Shown piece after piece: positions 17,486 through 27,840 of a stretch of 61,427 nucleotides of DNA (positions within the stretch are counted from its first letter, which is position 1; each line of letters starts with the position of its first letter). Source of the DNA: an uncultured Methanosarcinales archaeon. GTDB lineage: Archaea > Nanobdellota > Nanobdellia > Woesearchaeales > SM23-78. The notes under the pieces are model-generated. The model was not told the DNA's origin. It ran no database searches and saw nothing but the letters and a program-made list of their open reading frames with translations. The stretch covers positions 1 through 61,427 of the forward strand of contig CAYGYA010000065.1 of assembly GCA_964354085.1 (NCBI GenBank), given 5' to 3'. Made by a program: the position numbers and the translations under genes.

Positions 17486-19984
17486 ATGAAAAATAAAATA
17501 GAGCCTGAAGAGATGGACAAAATAAAAAAAGAGCTTATCAAAAACAAAGCTGAAATAACAGATAATGCAAGGACTGTTCTTGAAAGAAGGTACTTGATGA
17601 AGGATGAGCGTGGCAAGGCTTGTGAAACTCCTGAAGAATTATTTGCAAGGGTTGCCATTAATATAAGCCTTGCTGACAAAAATTATGATGAAAAAGCTAA
17701 CATTAAGAAGACAGCAGAAGAGTTCTATAAAATCATGCTCGATTATGATTTCATACCTAATTCTCCTACTCTTATGAACGCTGGCAGAATTCTGCAGCAG
17801 CTATCAGCTTGCTTTGTGCTGCCAATAGAGGATGACATGTCAAGCATAATGCAGACTCTTTATGATACAGTAATGGTTCATAAATCAGGAGGAGGAACTG
17901 GCTTTAGCTTTTCAAGGCTTAGGGCTAATGGCTCAAGGATAAAAACAACCAATGGAACATCGCCGGGCCCGCTCTCTTTTATCAGGATGTACAACAACAC
18001 AACAGAGGAAGTAAAGCAGGGAGGGACAAGAAGAGGAGCTAACATGGGCATCCTTAAGGTTGACCATCCTGACATTATTAATTTCATCTATGCAAAACAG
18101 GACAATACAGCAATAACTAATTTCAATCTTTCAGTTGCTGTGACTGACAAGTTCATGCAGGCAGTGAGCAAGAACCAGCATTACAATCTTATCAACCCTC
18201 ATAACAAGACCCATTTCACAATAGAACAGTTGGAATTAATCCAGTACCAGACTCACAAGGATGCTTCTGCCCTAAGGCTGAGCTCTGATAACAAGAAGAT
18301 TATTGATGTGCACACAGGTGATGAGATTGGGGTTATAAGAGATGATGCTGTTCTGCTAAGCGCAAAAAAGGTTTTTGATCTTATTGTGAGAATGGCGTGG
18401 AACAATGGAGAGCCAGGCATAATCTTTATTGACAGGATGAATGAATTCAACCCAACGCCAGCAATTGGTGAGATTGAGAGCACTAATCCGTGCGGAGAAC
18501 AGCCACTTCTTCCATATGAATCATGCAATCTTGGCTCAATCAATCTTGCAAATTTTGTAAAAAAAGGAGAATTAGATTATGAGCGACTGGGAAAAGTGAT
18601 CCATGCAACAGTGCACTTCCTGGATAATGTTATTGACATGAACAACTACCCATTAAAACATATTGAGAGCACGACTCTTTCTAACAGGAAGATAGGCCTT
18701 GGAGTTATGGGATTTGCTGACCTGCTCCTGCAATTATGCATTCCTTATAATTCTGAGAAAGGAATCAAGCTTGCAGAGAAAATTATGAAGTTCATTGATG
18801 ATGAGTCAAAAAAAGCTTCTGCTGAACTTGCAAAGGTAAGAGGAGTGTTTCCCAATTTCAAGGATAGCATTTATGACAAGAGCTCAAAGAATTTCAAAGA
18901 CAGGGACCTGCTCTTGAGAAATGCAACTACCACAACCATTGCTCCTACAGGAAGCATAAGCATAATTGCCAATGCCTCGGGAGGTGTTGAGCCTTTGTTC
19001 GCTATTGCTTTTAAGAGAAAGAACATACTGCAAAAAGGAGACGAGCTTATAGAAGTTAATCCTTTCTTTGAAAAAAAGCTAAAAGAATTGAAGATATATT
19101 CAAAAGAAATCATGGATGAGGTTTGTGAGAAAGGAACAATACATGATATTGAAAAAATTCCTTCTGATGTGAGAAAAGTTTTTGTAACCTCCCACGACAT
19201 AAGCCCTGAATATCATATAAAGATGCAGGCAGCATTCCAGAAATACACAGACAATGCAGTGAGCAAGACAGTCAACTTTCCTCATAGCGCAACAGAAGAG
19301 GACATAGCAAAGGTGTATGAACTGGCATTTGAGCTTGGATGCAAAGGAGTGACTGTTTATAGGGATGGCAGCAGGCAAGAGCAAGTGCTCAACATTATGA
19401 GCAAGAAAGAGGAGGCAAAGGAAGAGAAAAAAGAATCGCTGATCAAAAGAAAAAGGCCTCCTGTGACTATTGGAGCAACAAGAAGAGTGAAGACTGGCTG
19501 CGGCAACATGTACGTTACTATAAATCAGGATGAGAAAGGAGAGCTTTTCGAGGTTTTCAACCAGATAGGAAAAGCAGGAGGATGCGCAGATTCCCAGGCA
19601 GAAGCAATAGGCAGGCTGACTTCACTTGCTCTGAGGTCAGGCATTCATCCAAAAGAGATAATATTAGAACTAAAAGGTATAAGCTGCCATAGGCCATTTG
19701 GCCTTGGGCCTAACAGAGTATTGTCTTGTGCAGATGCTCTTGGCAGGGCTATTGAGCAGCACATGCTAGAGATGGGAGTGCACCTGCCACAGCCTCCGCA
19801 GCAAGCTGAGCTAAGTAACTACACCAAGCCAGCAGCAGAGCTTGCAGCAGAGATAGGAACTGGAGTTCCAGGTTCTGAAGAAATAAGATTGACAGGAGCC
19901 TGCCCAATGTGCGGAGGACCATTAATCAATGTGGAAGGATGCATAAAGTGCGCTGCTAACTGCGGCTATAGTGAGTGTGCTTAA
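17486..19984 (+). CDS. nrdJ: Adenosylcobalamin-dependent (class II) ribonucleotide reductase
   Basis: LSACFVL, HKSGGGTGFSFSRLR and STNPCGEQPLLPYESCNLGSINL motifs. C-terminal Cys-rich tail CPMCGG...CIKC. Length is continuous with no intein-sized insertion. Confidence 0.9.
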   Translation: MKNKIEPEEMDKIKKELIKNKAEITDNARTVLERRYLMKDERGKACETPEELFARVAINISLADKNYDEKANIKKTAEEFYKIMLDYDFIPNSPTLMNAGRILQQLSACFVLPIEDDMSSIMQTLYDTVMVHKSGGGTGFSFSRLRANGSRIKTTNGTSPGPLSFIRMYNNTTEEVKQGGTRRGANMGILKVDHPDIINFIYAKQDNTAITNFNLSVAVTDKFMQAVSKNQHYNLINPHNKTHFTIEQLELIQYQTHKDASALRLSSDNKKIIDVHTGDEIGVIRDDAVLLSAKKVFDLIVRMAWNNGEPGIIFIDRMNEFNPTPAIGEIESTNPCGEQPLLPYESCNLGSINLANFVKKGELDYERLGKVIHATVHFLDNVIDMNNYPLKHIESTTLSNRKIGLGVMGFADLLLQLCIPYNSEKGIKLAEKIMKFIDDESKKASAELAKVRGVFPNFKDSIYDKSSKNFKDRDLLLRNATTTTIAPTGSISIIANASGGVEPLFAIAFKRKNILQKGDELIEVNPFFEKKLKELKIYSKEIMDEVCEKGTIHDIEKIPSDVRKVFVTSHDISPEYHIKMQAAFQKYTDNAVSKTVNFPHSATEEDIAKVYELAFELGCKGVTVYRDGSRQEQVLNIMSKKEEAKEEKKESLIKRKRPPVTIGATRRVKTGCGNMYVTINQDEKGELFEVFNQIGKAGGCADSQAEAIGRLTSLALRSGIHPKEIILELKGISCHRPFGLGPNRVLSCADALGRAIEQHMLEMGVHLPQPPQQAELSNYTKPAAELAAEIGTGVPGSEEIRLTGACPMCGGPLINVEGCIKCAANCGYSECA

Positions 19985-20521
19985 ATGAAGGATGATTTAG
20001 GATATATTCACGTCTATACAGGGGATGGCAAGGGCAAAACTACTGCAGCTGTTGGCTTAGCAGCCAGAATGCTTGGTAGAGGAAAGTCAGTTCTTTTTGC
20101 CCAGCTCTTTAAGTATGAAGAAGAATCTGGTGAGATTGTTTCTCTCAAGAAGCTGGGTGCCAAGTACATGGCGTATTCTCATCGCCACCCTGCCCTATGC
20201 AAATCCTATTCAGAAAAAGAATTAGAGCATCTTGCTAATGAATGCGAGCTTTTTGTAGAAAATGTTTTTGAGATTGCTAAAAAAGACAAATACGGTTTGC
20301 TAGTACTCGATGAGATAGGTCCTGCCTTTAGCTGCAACTTTATTGCAGTTGATAAATTAATTTCTATGATTAGATCAAAACCAGAGCACACAGAGCTGGT
20401 AATGACAGGACAGAATATTCCTAAGAAGATTATTGACTTGGCTGATTATGTCACGTTTATGAATAAGGGAAAACATATATATGACAACGGAGTTCTTGCA
20501 AGAGAAGGGATTGAAAAATAG
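19985..20521 (+). CDS. cobO: Cob(I)alamin adenosyltransferase (CobO/BtuR type)
   Basis: GYIHVYTGDGKGKTTAAVGLAARMLGRG P-loop and LLVLDE motif. The start immediately follows the nrdJ stop. Confidence 0.85.
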   Translation: MKDDLGYIHVYTGDGKGKTTAAVGLAARMLGRGKSVLFAQLFKYEEESGEIVSLKKLGAKYMAYSHRHPALCKSYSEKELEHLANECELFVENVFEIAKKDKYGLLVLDEIGPAFSCNFIAVDKLISMIRSKPEHTELVMTGQNIPKKIIDLADYVTFMNKGKHIYDNGVLAREGIEK

Positions 20522-20539
20522 CAAACCTAGGTAAATAAA

Positions 20540-20821
20540 ATGATTATGTTTATTCTTCTAGGATTATTAGATACGATTGTAGCAGCTCTTATGATAGCAA
20601 CGCATTTAGGGATTCTGCATGAGTGGAGAATTGCAATAATGAGCGCTGCTTATCTCATAGGTAAGGGAGTAATAATGCGAGGAAGCTTTCTAAGCATACT
20701 AGATGTAGTTATAGGTATTTATTTTATACTGATAATGCTTGGTGTTAGAACAATCCTGGTTTATGCCTTTGCCTTGGTTCTGGTTTATAAGTTTGTTACA
20801 AGCCTGATAATGAGGGGCTAG
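20540..20821 (+). CDS. Small membrane protein, unknown function
   Basis: 93 aa with three hydrophobic segments. Confidence 0.4.
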   Translation: MIMFILLGLLDTIVAALMIATHLGILHEWRIAIMSAAYLIGKGVIMRGSFLSILDVVIGIYFILIMLGVRTILVYAFALVLVYKFVTSLIMRG

Positions 20822-21112
20822 GGTAGACTTCGTTGTTTGAGGGTGAAGGTTTCGGTTCTTGCAACGATGATTTTTTTTAAACCACGGAGGTAAAAAACCC
20901 TGCCTCCTCACATCATCTTAGGCTTCTTAGGTAAATACTCAACATGATTTGTTATTTTTTTAATTTCCTCCTGGCAAAAAGGCGCATTTTTCGCGCTTTT
21001 GCCATGACAGTATTAATTATAGGGGTACATCCCTTATAAATACCCTGTGAAGCAATAATCAAGATTAAAATATCACAAGTTTTTTAAATCAATTCTAACC
21101 TTTTACTACTCT

Positions 21113-21829
21113 ATGGTTTACTGGCTCGAGTTCGTTTACAGCCCACCAGGGTTCTATGGCAAGGACATAGCAATAGATGTCCTTAGCGCTATTGTCGTGC
21201 TCTTAATCGGAATATTCAGTTTCAGGAATTTTTCCCTTGACAAAAGAAATAAAAAACACTTGTTCCTGGGAGCTGCTTTTGTTCTGCTCGGATTATCATT
21301 TATAGTGAAGATTATGACCAACATACTTTCTCATGCAGAAGAATGGTCTTCAAAACCATTCCTGATTCCAATGTTCGGGGGGGATATACTTACGTCATAT
21401 TCCCTAATACCCGCGTTAGGTTTCCTCCTTTATGCTCTCTTAACGCTATTCGGCTTTTACATTATATATGCACTATCATCAAAAGATGAGTTATCAATGA
21501 ATTATCTGATAATCGCTTATTTCATCCTCATATCAACCTATTTCACCAGATTCACCTACTTTATTATTTACCTAACTGCCTTTATCTTTGTTCTAGCGCT
21601 TTCTAGGAGATATTTCCTAGAATACAAGAAGAATAGCTATAAGAACACTCTTTTTTTGTGCATAAGTTTTAGCATAATAACCCTGAGCCAGTTTGTCTTC
21701 ATATTTACAGCAACAAACCACATGCTCTATGTTCTTGCAGAGTTCATCCAGCTGATAGGCTATCTTTTCCTTCTCTACACATTTGTAATGGTTCTGAGGA
21801 ATGCAACAAATGCAACGAAAACGAAGTAG
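21113..21829 (+). CDS. Polytopic membrane protein, unknown function
   Basis: 238 aa with 6-7 hydrophobic segments. Confidence 0.45.
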   Translation: MVYWLEFVYSPPGFYGKDIAIDVLSAIVVLLIGIFSFRNFSLDKRNKKHLFLGAAFVLLGLSFIVKIMTNILSHAEEWSSKPFLIPMFGGDILTSYSLIPALGFLLYALLTLFGFYIIYALSSKDELSMNYLIIAYFILISTYFTRFTYFIIYLTAFIFVLALSRRYFLEYKKNSYKNTLFLCISFSIITLSQFVFIFTATNHMLYVLAEFIQLIGYLFLLYTFVMVLRNATNATKTK

Positions 21830-22082
21830 ATTAGACATCGTGTATGATATGCTCCTAACTATTGGAAATAAAGGAGGAAGAATTAAGCCAACCCATTTGA
21901 TGTACAAAGCCAATCTTTCTCATACCCAGATGAGACTTTATCTTGATGAGTTAATACAAAAAAATCTTGTTGAAGAGCAGGCAAAGGATGAAAGAAAAAT
22001 GCTGGTTCTTACAGAAAAAGGATTTGCCCTTATCCAGAAGTTCAATCAGATGAAAGAATTCGAGAAGACTTTCGGTCTCTAA
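21801..22082 (+). CDS. Small winged-helix DNA-binding protein
   Basis: [48 protein letters not shown] is a wHTH pattern. The start is probably at 21810. Confidence 0.55.
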   Translation: MQQMQRKRSRLDIVYDMLLTIGNKGGRIKPTHLMYKANLSHTQMRLYLDELIQKNLVEEQAKDERKMLVLTEKGFALIQKFNQMKEFEKTFGL

Positions 22083-22106
22083 AGATTTATTTCTAGATTT
22101 CTGAAT

Positions 22107-22826
22107 TCAAGGAGTCGGAATCGGGATTGGGGCCAAAGGCATTATATTCATCCTGACACAGGATGGTTCTGGAGGTGGAGAGATTATTTGATTAATATAG
22201 CAGCCGCTTGTTGAATTCTCAACCCAGCTGCTGTCGATTATTTCACTAAAATCTTGATGCCACAATCCGTACACTGACACATTTATGCTTACAATCTTAT
22301 TTATTCTTGACCAGTTAGTATCAAAAGCACTGAAGAAATAATTTGATCTGAAATTAAGCCTTATCGAATCATAAGTGAGCTGCTCTGCACTTTCAAGCCT
22401 GTAACTGAAGCTTGCATTATCTAATTTAAAGGAAAGGGTTGCTAGTGATTGCTGAAAATTCTCATTTGTAGCTAGCAAGGGATTGATGCGCAAGCCAGAA
22501 TCGCTGTCAAAACCATTTGTCATCAAATCAATTAGCTGGCTCCTATTAAAAGGAGAATCCCTGGTCAGGTTAATCAAGGCAGGCTTGGCTGCTGTCTGCA
22601 ATATATTCTCTGCATAGTATCTGTCAAAATCCCTTACAAAATGGTCCATGATAATTATTTTTACTCTTTCAACATGGAACTCCTCATCCTTTTTCAACAC
22701 CTGTGCCTTGCTGTTAAAAACAATCACCAAGAAAATCAGGAACAATACTGCTGAAATAGAATAAAATACTCCTTTCTTATTCAGTCTAGTCAGCCTACGT
22801 GTTTTTCCCATCATTCTTTCATCCAT
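22107..22826 (-). CDS. Pilus-operon protein with possible class III (prepilin-like) signal
   Basis: N-terminus ...RLNKKG/VFYSISAVLFLIFLVIVF. Overlaps the preceding giant gene by 16 nt and is the last gene of the operon. Confidence 0.5.
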   Translation of the reverse strand: MDERMMGKTRRLTRLNKKGVFYSISAVLFLIFLVIVFNSKAQVLKKDEEFHVERVKIIIMDHFVRDFDRYYAENILQTAAKPALINLTRDSPFNRSQLIDLMTNGFDSDSGLRINPLLATNENFQQSLATLSFKLDNASFSYRLESAEQLTYDSIRLNFRSNYFFSAFDTNWSRINKIVSINVSVYGLWHQDFSEIIDSSWVENSTSGCYINQIISPPPEPSCVRMNIMPLAPIPIPTP

Positions 22827-25800
22827 ACTTTTGCTATAAAAATATATGGACCTTTGCTAAATACAAAGCCATCTTTTTCATAATATCCAGTGACTGCTCT
22901 TGAGCCAGCAATGAGCAAGGTTGAGTTTGGCTCATAGCTAAGCTCTCCAATGTAGTAATGGAATCTTTTTAGTTTAGGGCATATTCTTACATAATCTTGA
23001 GAAGGGTTATGATACTCATCAAAGGTTATTTTGATTACTGAGCCATTTTCAGTGCCATGAGTAATATTAGTAAGATTGGTTATATAGAAAGTTGTTGCCT
23101 GGGTTCCTGAAGAAGGAGACCCTCCAAACCCGTCAAAAGTTGTAAAATCAGCTGCATATGTAAGATGATGTAAGGTAAAGCCCGAGAGCAAGTAGCTGGA
23201 TATATAGTCAGATACTCTTACTGGTGCATATGGGTCAGTAACCCAGATTTCATTGTCAAGACAACCTGATGAATTCAAACCTTCGAAATCCCCTGAATCT
23301 GCATAAGCTTCACAAATTGGATTGTCACATTTTGAATCGAGATTAAGGACAGTCACATTGCACGAGTCCGAATCAACACCTTCATCAGTAGTTACTCTAA
23401 TATTAACAGTTTCTAATGTTGCATCATTAGATGTTATGCTAATGCTACTTGGAAGATTATCATTTATTGTAATAGCAGAAATGTGAGGATGAGAAATGCT
23501 AATTATCCCCCCTGTGTCTCCGTTAAAAATATTGCTAAGGTTGATAATAAGGGGTTGTCCTGTGTGTAATAAGTAATTGGGAATTGATGACTCGCAGTGC
23601 AAGGGATTTGGTATACAATCTCCCATGGTGCATGTTGCTAAGTCGCAAGTTCTTGTTCCCTCATGCCCTGCTCCCGTATTACAATCTTCAGGCGGAGTGG
23701 TTGCATCGCAACTAGCTCCGCACTTGGCTACTGAGCAATTAAGAGCCTCTCCAAAAACATCATATGCGCATGTGCACAGATCACTGCAGTCTCCGTAAGA
23801 GTCTCTTGCTGCTATCTTTGGTCCAAAGCACTGTTCAATAGATTGGTTGCAATCAGTGTTATTGTTAGTGCTTGGAAGTTCGCATGATTCTGGCGGGTTA
23901 GTGATGATGTTATCTCCACAGCTTAGAGTTGTAGTGCATATGTTCCAGTTGCAATTGGTTTCATCACAAGTTTGAGTTCCAGGATAGCCATCTATTGTGT
24001 TGCACGGCTGGCTTGTTCCATTTGTGCAAATAGCTCCGCATATGCCCGCTATGCAGATTGGTTCACTCCAAGTATCATTAACACATCCGCAATTAGCATT
24101 ACAGTTTCCATATAAGTCTCTTGTCCTCGCTTTCGGAGCATCTGTGCAGTTCTCTGCGTCTTGGTTGCAATAGGCATTATTTACTGTGTTGTTTCTTTCG
24201 CATTGCTCTATTTGCTGGTTTATGGTTCCGTCCCCACACTTTCCTGTTGGTGTGCATGTGTTCCATTGGCATGTTGTGATGTTGCAAGCCTGTATTCCTG
24301 GGAATCCTCCGGGTACTGGGCATTGCCGGGTTTGTCCATCGCTGCATTCTGCTCCGCATTTGTTTGCTGTGCAAATGGCTGTGCTCCATGAGTCATTGTA
24401 GCACTCGCATATGCCATTGCAGTACCCTATCTGGTCTGGTCTTGTTGCTAGTCTTGGCCCGTCACAGCTTTCATTATCTTGATAGCAGTTTGAGTTTTTT
24501 TGATTATCATTTGGCTCGCATTGTTCTGTTTGTTGGTTTATGGTTCCATCTCCACAGCTTCCCAGGGCAGTGCATGTGTTCCATTGGCATGTTGTGGCGT
24601 TGCAGTCTTGTATTCCTGGGAATCCTCCTGGTACTGGGCAGTTCTGAGTTTCTCCGTAACTACATTCTGCTCCGCATTTGTTTGCTGTGCAAATGGCTGT
24701 GCTCCATGAGTCATTGTAGCATTCGCATATGTTATCGCAGTTTCCTACTCGATCTGGTCTTGTTGCTAGTCTTGATTCGTCACAGCTCTCATTGTCTTGT
24801 TGGCAGTATTGGTTGTTTTCGTTATTATTTGGTTCGCATTGTTCTCCTGCCTGATTTATTGTGCCATCTCCACATACACCTAGTGGTCTGCAAATATTCC
24901 ATTGGCATGTTGTGATGTTGCAAGCCCGTATTCCAGGAAATCCTCCTGACATCGGGCAGTTCTGAGTTTGTCCATCGCTGCAAATAGCCCCGCACTTGCT
25001 TGCTACACAAAGTGCAGCACTCCACGAGTCATTGTAGCATTGACATTCATTATTGCAATTACCAAAAATGTCTGGCCTTGTTGTTAATTGTGGTCCCACG
25101 CAGCTCTCATTTTGTTGTGAGCAATAAGGGTTATTATCATTATTGCTGGGCTCACACTGCTCTCCGGCTTCTCGCACGTTATTTCCGCAATATAGAGCGC
25201 ACCCTGCATAACTCACATTGATGCATGACATAGTTGATGCTCCCCAGGGGTCTGATATGTTAAAGAAAAAAGTTCTCCAGAATGGGTTCTGCAAATAAGC
25301 TGAATCAACTAGGAAGGCTAATTGCCTGGCAGTGTTAAAGTTATTATTGTAAGTGAAGTGAGAACCCCCTGATGATTCCATTAAGTAATTATTATACCGC
25401 CAAGTTAAAGTATTCAAAGGATCATTTGCATCAGTTACTAGGCCCGTATTCTCATCATCAATGCCTACGTAAGCGACGTCTTGATCACAGAGCATTGGCA
25501 CAAAAAGGCAATTCCCAATTGGGGGATAATTGCCAACAGGAGGCACGTTTATCTCGATGAATAATTCGGAAAGATTAAGCATTCCAACTGTGAGTGAATA
25601 GACTGAAAACCTGATGTCGCAGGGACTGAGAGTGCACTGGGCTAGATTATCCTGCACAAGGCTTCTGAAATCATTGCAATTGGCACCACTGCCACAAGAG
25701 GCACCATTCCAAAGGACATTACCATTATATAAGTCAGGATAGCTCCAGCCAAAGATATTTGAAGGGCTGGTAGAGCGTATTGTGGGCGTTGTGAGATTGG

Positions 25801-26692
25801 TTGTTTCTATTATTTCGGAAATGTTATTGTAAATGTCAATTAAAGCCTGGCCAGTTGAGGCATTAAAGTACAATCCTCCTTTGGTTTGATTTGAAACATT
25901 CTGCATGAATGAGCAATGAGCAGTAGTTCCCCCCCCGCCTGTAGTGTATGTTGTGCCACAACCTCCAAATGAGATTGCGAAAATAGTGATGTTGCTGCTA
26001 TTAGCAGTTCTAGCAAGGCTTAATATCCATGCTTCTGCTGCTCTATTAGTGTCAGAGTTATCTGCGCATGAACCACTTGAAAGGCAATTTGGCCATCCAT
26101 CAGTCATCAACAAAATATATTTCTTAGTGCCCACTCTCTGTGCTCTTACGCTGTTCAATTCATTTATTGCAAGCTGTAGAGCTGCTCCTAGGTTTGTATA
26201 CGAACCAACACGGTAATTGTTTATTGAATTGTCAAGTGTCACCTTGTTTGTTATCAGGGGTTGGTTTAGAGTAGCAACTGTTGAATAATTGACAAGTCCT
26301 ACCTGAATATAATTGGTGTCAACATTGCTGATAAAACTTCTATCAGCTGCCTGTGCACTAACTAACTTTACTACTCCTTGAACCGCTTGACCCATGCTTC
26401 CAGATAAATCTGTAACAATAATGACGTCCCTTGGCAGACCTTTGAGTCCTTGCATATTAAAGCCCTGTATTCTCATCCTTGCCTCAGCTACTGTTCCGTT
26501 GGGAACCCTTACAAAGAAAGTCTTAGTCATGAATTCTTGTGTGAAAGTCAGGTTTAGGGAGCTTAAGCTGGTGTTGAAAAGAGTTATCTGAGCGCTAGTT
26601 AGTTCATAGCTTAATGCAAATAAAGCCATGATTGCAATAGCAATGAATAATGCTTTGCTTGCCTTATTTGTTGAATTGGTTATTTTGCTCAT
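22811..26692 (-). CDS. Giant (1293 aa) secreted vWA-domain protein with five 106-aa cysteine-rich repeats; putative pilus-associated adhesin
   Basis: N-terminal hydrophobic signal. vWA with MIDAS residues (IIVTDLSGSMG, SYTNLG, LLMTDGWPN) at about 25958-26431. Five repeats begin at CG[DN]G/N...EQCEP. Confidence 0.85.
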   Translation of the reverse strand: MSKITNSTNKASKALFIAIAIMALFALSYELTSAQITLFNTSLSSLNLTFTQEFMTKTFFVRVPNGTVAEARMRIQGFNMQGLKGLPRDVIIVTDLSGSMGQAVQGVVKLVSAQAADRSFISNVDTNYIQVGLVNYSTVATLNQPLITNKVTLDNSINNYRVGSYTNLGAALQLAINELNSVRAQRVGTKKYILLMTDGWPNCLSSGSCADNSDTNRAAEAWILSLARTANSSNITIFAISFGGCGTTYTTGGGGTTAHCSFMQNVSNQTKGGLYFNASTGQALIDIYNNISEIIETTNLTTPTIRSTSPSNIFGWSYPDLYNGNVLWNGASCGSGANCNDFRSLVQDNLAQCTLSPCDIRFSVYSLTVGMLNLSELFIEINVPPVGNYPPIGNCLFVPMLCDQDVAYVGIDDENTGLVTDANDPLNTLTWRYNNYLMESSGGSHFTYNNNFNTARQLAFLVDSAYLQNPFWRTFFFNISDPWGASTMSCINVSYAGCALYCGNNVREAGEQCEPSNNDNNPYCSQQNESCVGPQLTTRPDIFGNCNNECQCYNDSWSAALCVASKCGAICSDGQTQNCPMSGGFPGIRACNITTCQWNICRPLGVCGDGTINQAGEQCEPNNNENNQYCQQDNESCDESRLATRPDRVGNCDNICECYNDSWSTAICTANKCGAECSYGETQNCPVPGGFPGIQDCNATTCQWNTCTALGSCGDGTINQQTEQCEPNDNQKNSNCYQDNESCDGPRLATRPDQIGYCNGICECYNDSWSTAICTANKCGAECSDGQTRQCPVPGGFPGIQACNITTCQWNTCTPTGKCGDGTINQQIEQCERNNTVNNAYCNQDAENCTDAPKARTRDLYGNCNANCGCVNDTWSEPICIAGICGAICTNGTSQPCNTIDGYPGTQTCDETNCNWNICTTTLSCGDNIITNPPESCELPSTNNNTDCNQSIEQCFGPKIAARDSYGDCSDLCTCAYDVFGEALNCSVAKCGASCDATTPPEDCNTGAGHEGTRTCDLATCTMGDCIPNPLHCESSIPNYLLHTGQPLIINLSNIFNGDTGGIISISHPHISAITINDNLPSSISITSNDATLETVNIRVTTDEGVDSDSCNVTVLNLDSKCDNPICEAYADSGDFEGLNSSGCLDNEIWVTDPYAPVRVSDYISSYLLSGFTLHHLTYAADFTTFDGFGGSPSSGTQATTFYITNLTNITHGTENGSVIKITFDEYHNPSQDYVRICPKLKRFHYYIGELSYEPNSTLLIAGSRAVTGYYEKDGFVFSKGPYIFIAKVWMKE
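23612..25189 (-). repeat. Five tandem coding repeats, period 318 nt (106 aa)
   Basis: Repeat starts are at residues C502, C607, C713, C819 and C925. A 59-nt run is identical at a 318-nt offset (from 24345 and from 24663). Confidence 0.85.
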
Positions 26693-26709
26693 TTCTTTCT
26701 CTTTTGTTT

Positions 26710-27210
26710 CTATTGTGGATTATGATAAGTCTCTGTATTGTATAATTCCAGGAGCGGCGCTGCGCCGCCTTGGTAGAGCAGGGCAAAGCCGAATCTTTTC
26801 TCATCTATCACATTCTTTTTAGCAAATACTTCCTTGATAGCATCTCTTACAACCTCACCAGGGCAGTTGCCTGTGGTGATTACTTCGCTCATCATTGAAA
26901 GCAGGTTTCCATTATCATCTTTTAGCTGTCCCATGCATGGCGAGTTGCTGCATACTATCTGTGTAAGATTCTTGTAGTTTGGGCAGTCACAGCCAGGCTC
27001 ACTAATATTAGTGCACAGGTCATTCATTTGGGTGTAGGATAATACCCCGATGATATCCTCGGATAATTGCTCTGTGAAGTAAATAGTCTTATTTCCCGAA
27101 ATAAAATTATAGAATATGATGCCAATGCCCACTATTAGGATAATTATCGCAATTGTCAGGTCCAAGGTAAACATATAAGCTTTTTTATTCATTCTAATCA
27201 TTTTCTTCAT
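26710..27210 (-). CDS. Pilin-like protein (class III signal peptide)
   Basis: N-terminus MNKKA/YMFTLDLTIAIIILIVGIGIIF. Confidence 0.55.
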   Translation of the reverse strand: MKKMIRMNKKAYMFTLDLTIAIIILIVGIGIIFYNFISGNKTIYFTEQLSEDIIGVLSYTQMNDLCTNISEPGCDCPNYKNLTQIVCSNSPCMGQLKDDNGNLLSMMSEVITTGNCPGEVVRDAIKEVFAKKNVIDEKRFGFALLYQGGAAPLLELYNTETYHNPQ

Positions 27211-27222
27211 TTTTCATTCTCT

Positions 27223-27828
27223 TTATCTCTTACACATCACTATGTTCATTTGCAGTATTCTATTCCTACTATAATCTTTCTCATCAAATAACACTGGCTT
27301 GAAAAGGGATATTGCCTGCTTGTAAGCGTCGCACGGGTCATTGCCTGAAATAATCATTTCCTGATTGCAAGATCTGCCTGTTTTCCTTAGCTGGCCAAGC
27401 ACTTTTACTTCTGGCGGGCCTGGAAGGATAGTTAGTATTGCATTATTATTGTCTGTAAAGTACAGGCATACATCATGGCTTGCTTCATCCAAGCCAATGC
27501 CGTGGCTCTCACCAACTATTCCAATAACATAGGAATTAATGCTGCCTGAGCCAATGGCTGAAGCAAAGTTTTCTAGCCTTGTCTTGTCAACTCTATAACC
27601 TGCAAAGAAATCTCTCTCAGCAGCGCCAAACTTCAAATTATTCTCAAGATTGGCAAACACGTACTCAAGCTCAAAATCTGGCTTTTTCTCGCTGTTTTGG
27701 CTTAGAAGAAAAAGGCCCATAAATATTACTATGAAAATTACAAAGATAATAAGGCTGCTGCTAAAGTCAAAAGTTATTATTTGGGCTTTTTTCGCGTTCC
27801 TGAGACTAAATAATGGTTTGTTTTTCAT
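27223..27828 (-). CDS. Pilin-like protein (class III signal peptide)
   Basis: N-terminus RNAKKA/QIITFDFSSSLIIFVIFIVIF. Confidence 0.6.
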   Translation of the reverse strand: MKNKPLFSLRNAKKAQIITFDFSSSLIIFVIFIVIFMGLFLLSQNSEKKPDFELEYVFANLENNLKFGAAERDFFAGYRVDKTRLENFASAIGSGSINSYVIGIVGESHGIGLDEASHDVCLYFTDNNNAILTILPGPPEVKVLGQLRKTGRSCNQEMIISGNDPCDAYKQAISLFKPVLFDEKDYSRNRILQMNIVMCKR

Positions 27829-27840
27829 TCTATTTTCATC

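Noticed and set aside
17486-19984. Possible intein in the ribonucleotide reductase
   Set aside because: The length (832 aa) and uninterrupted catalytic motifs fit an intein-free class II enzyme. No intein block motifs were seen.
24161-24915. Cluster of plus-strand ORFs (76, 71, 183 and 69 aa) with mutually similar sequences
   Set aside because: They are antisense shadows of the 318-nt tandem repeats in the vWA giant gene. Their similarity only reflects the repeat structure.
26757-26775. GC-rich palindrome CGGCGC-T-GCGCCG, looked at as a possible small RNA or tRNA fragment
   Set aside because: It lies inside the 26710-27210 coding frame, where it encodes GGAAP near the C-terminus. There is no flanking tRNA-like structure.
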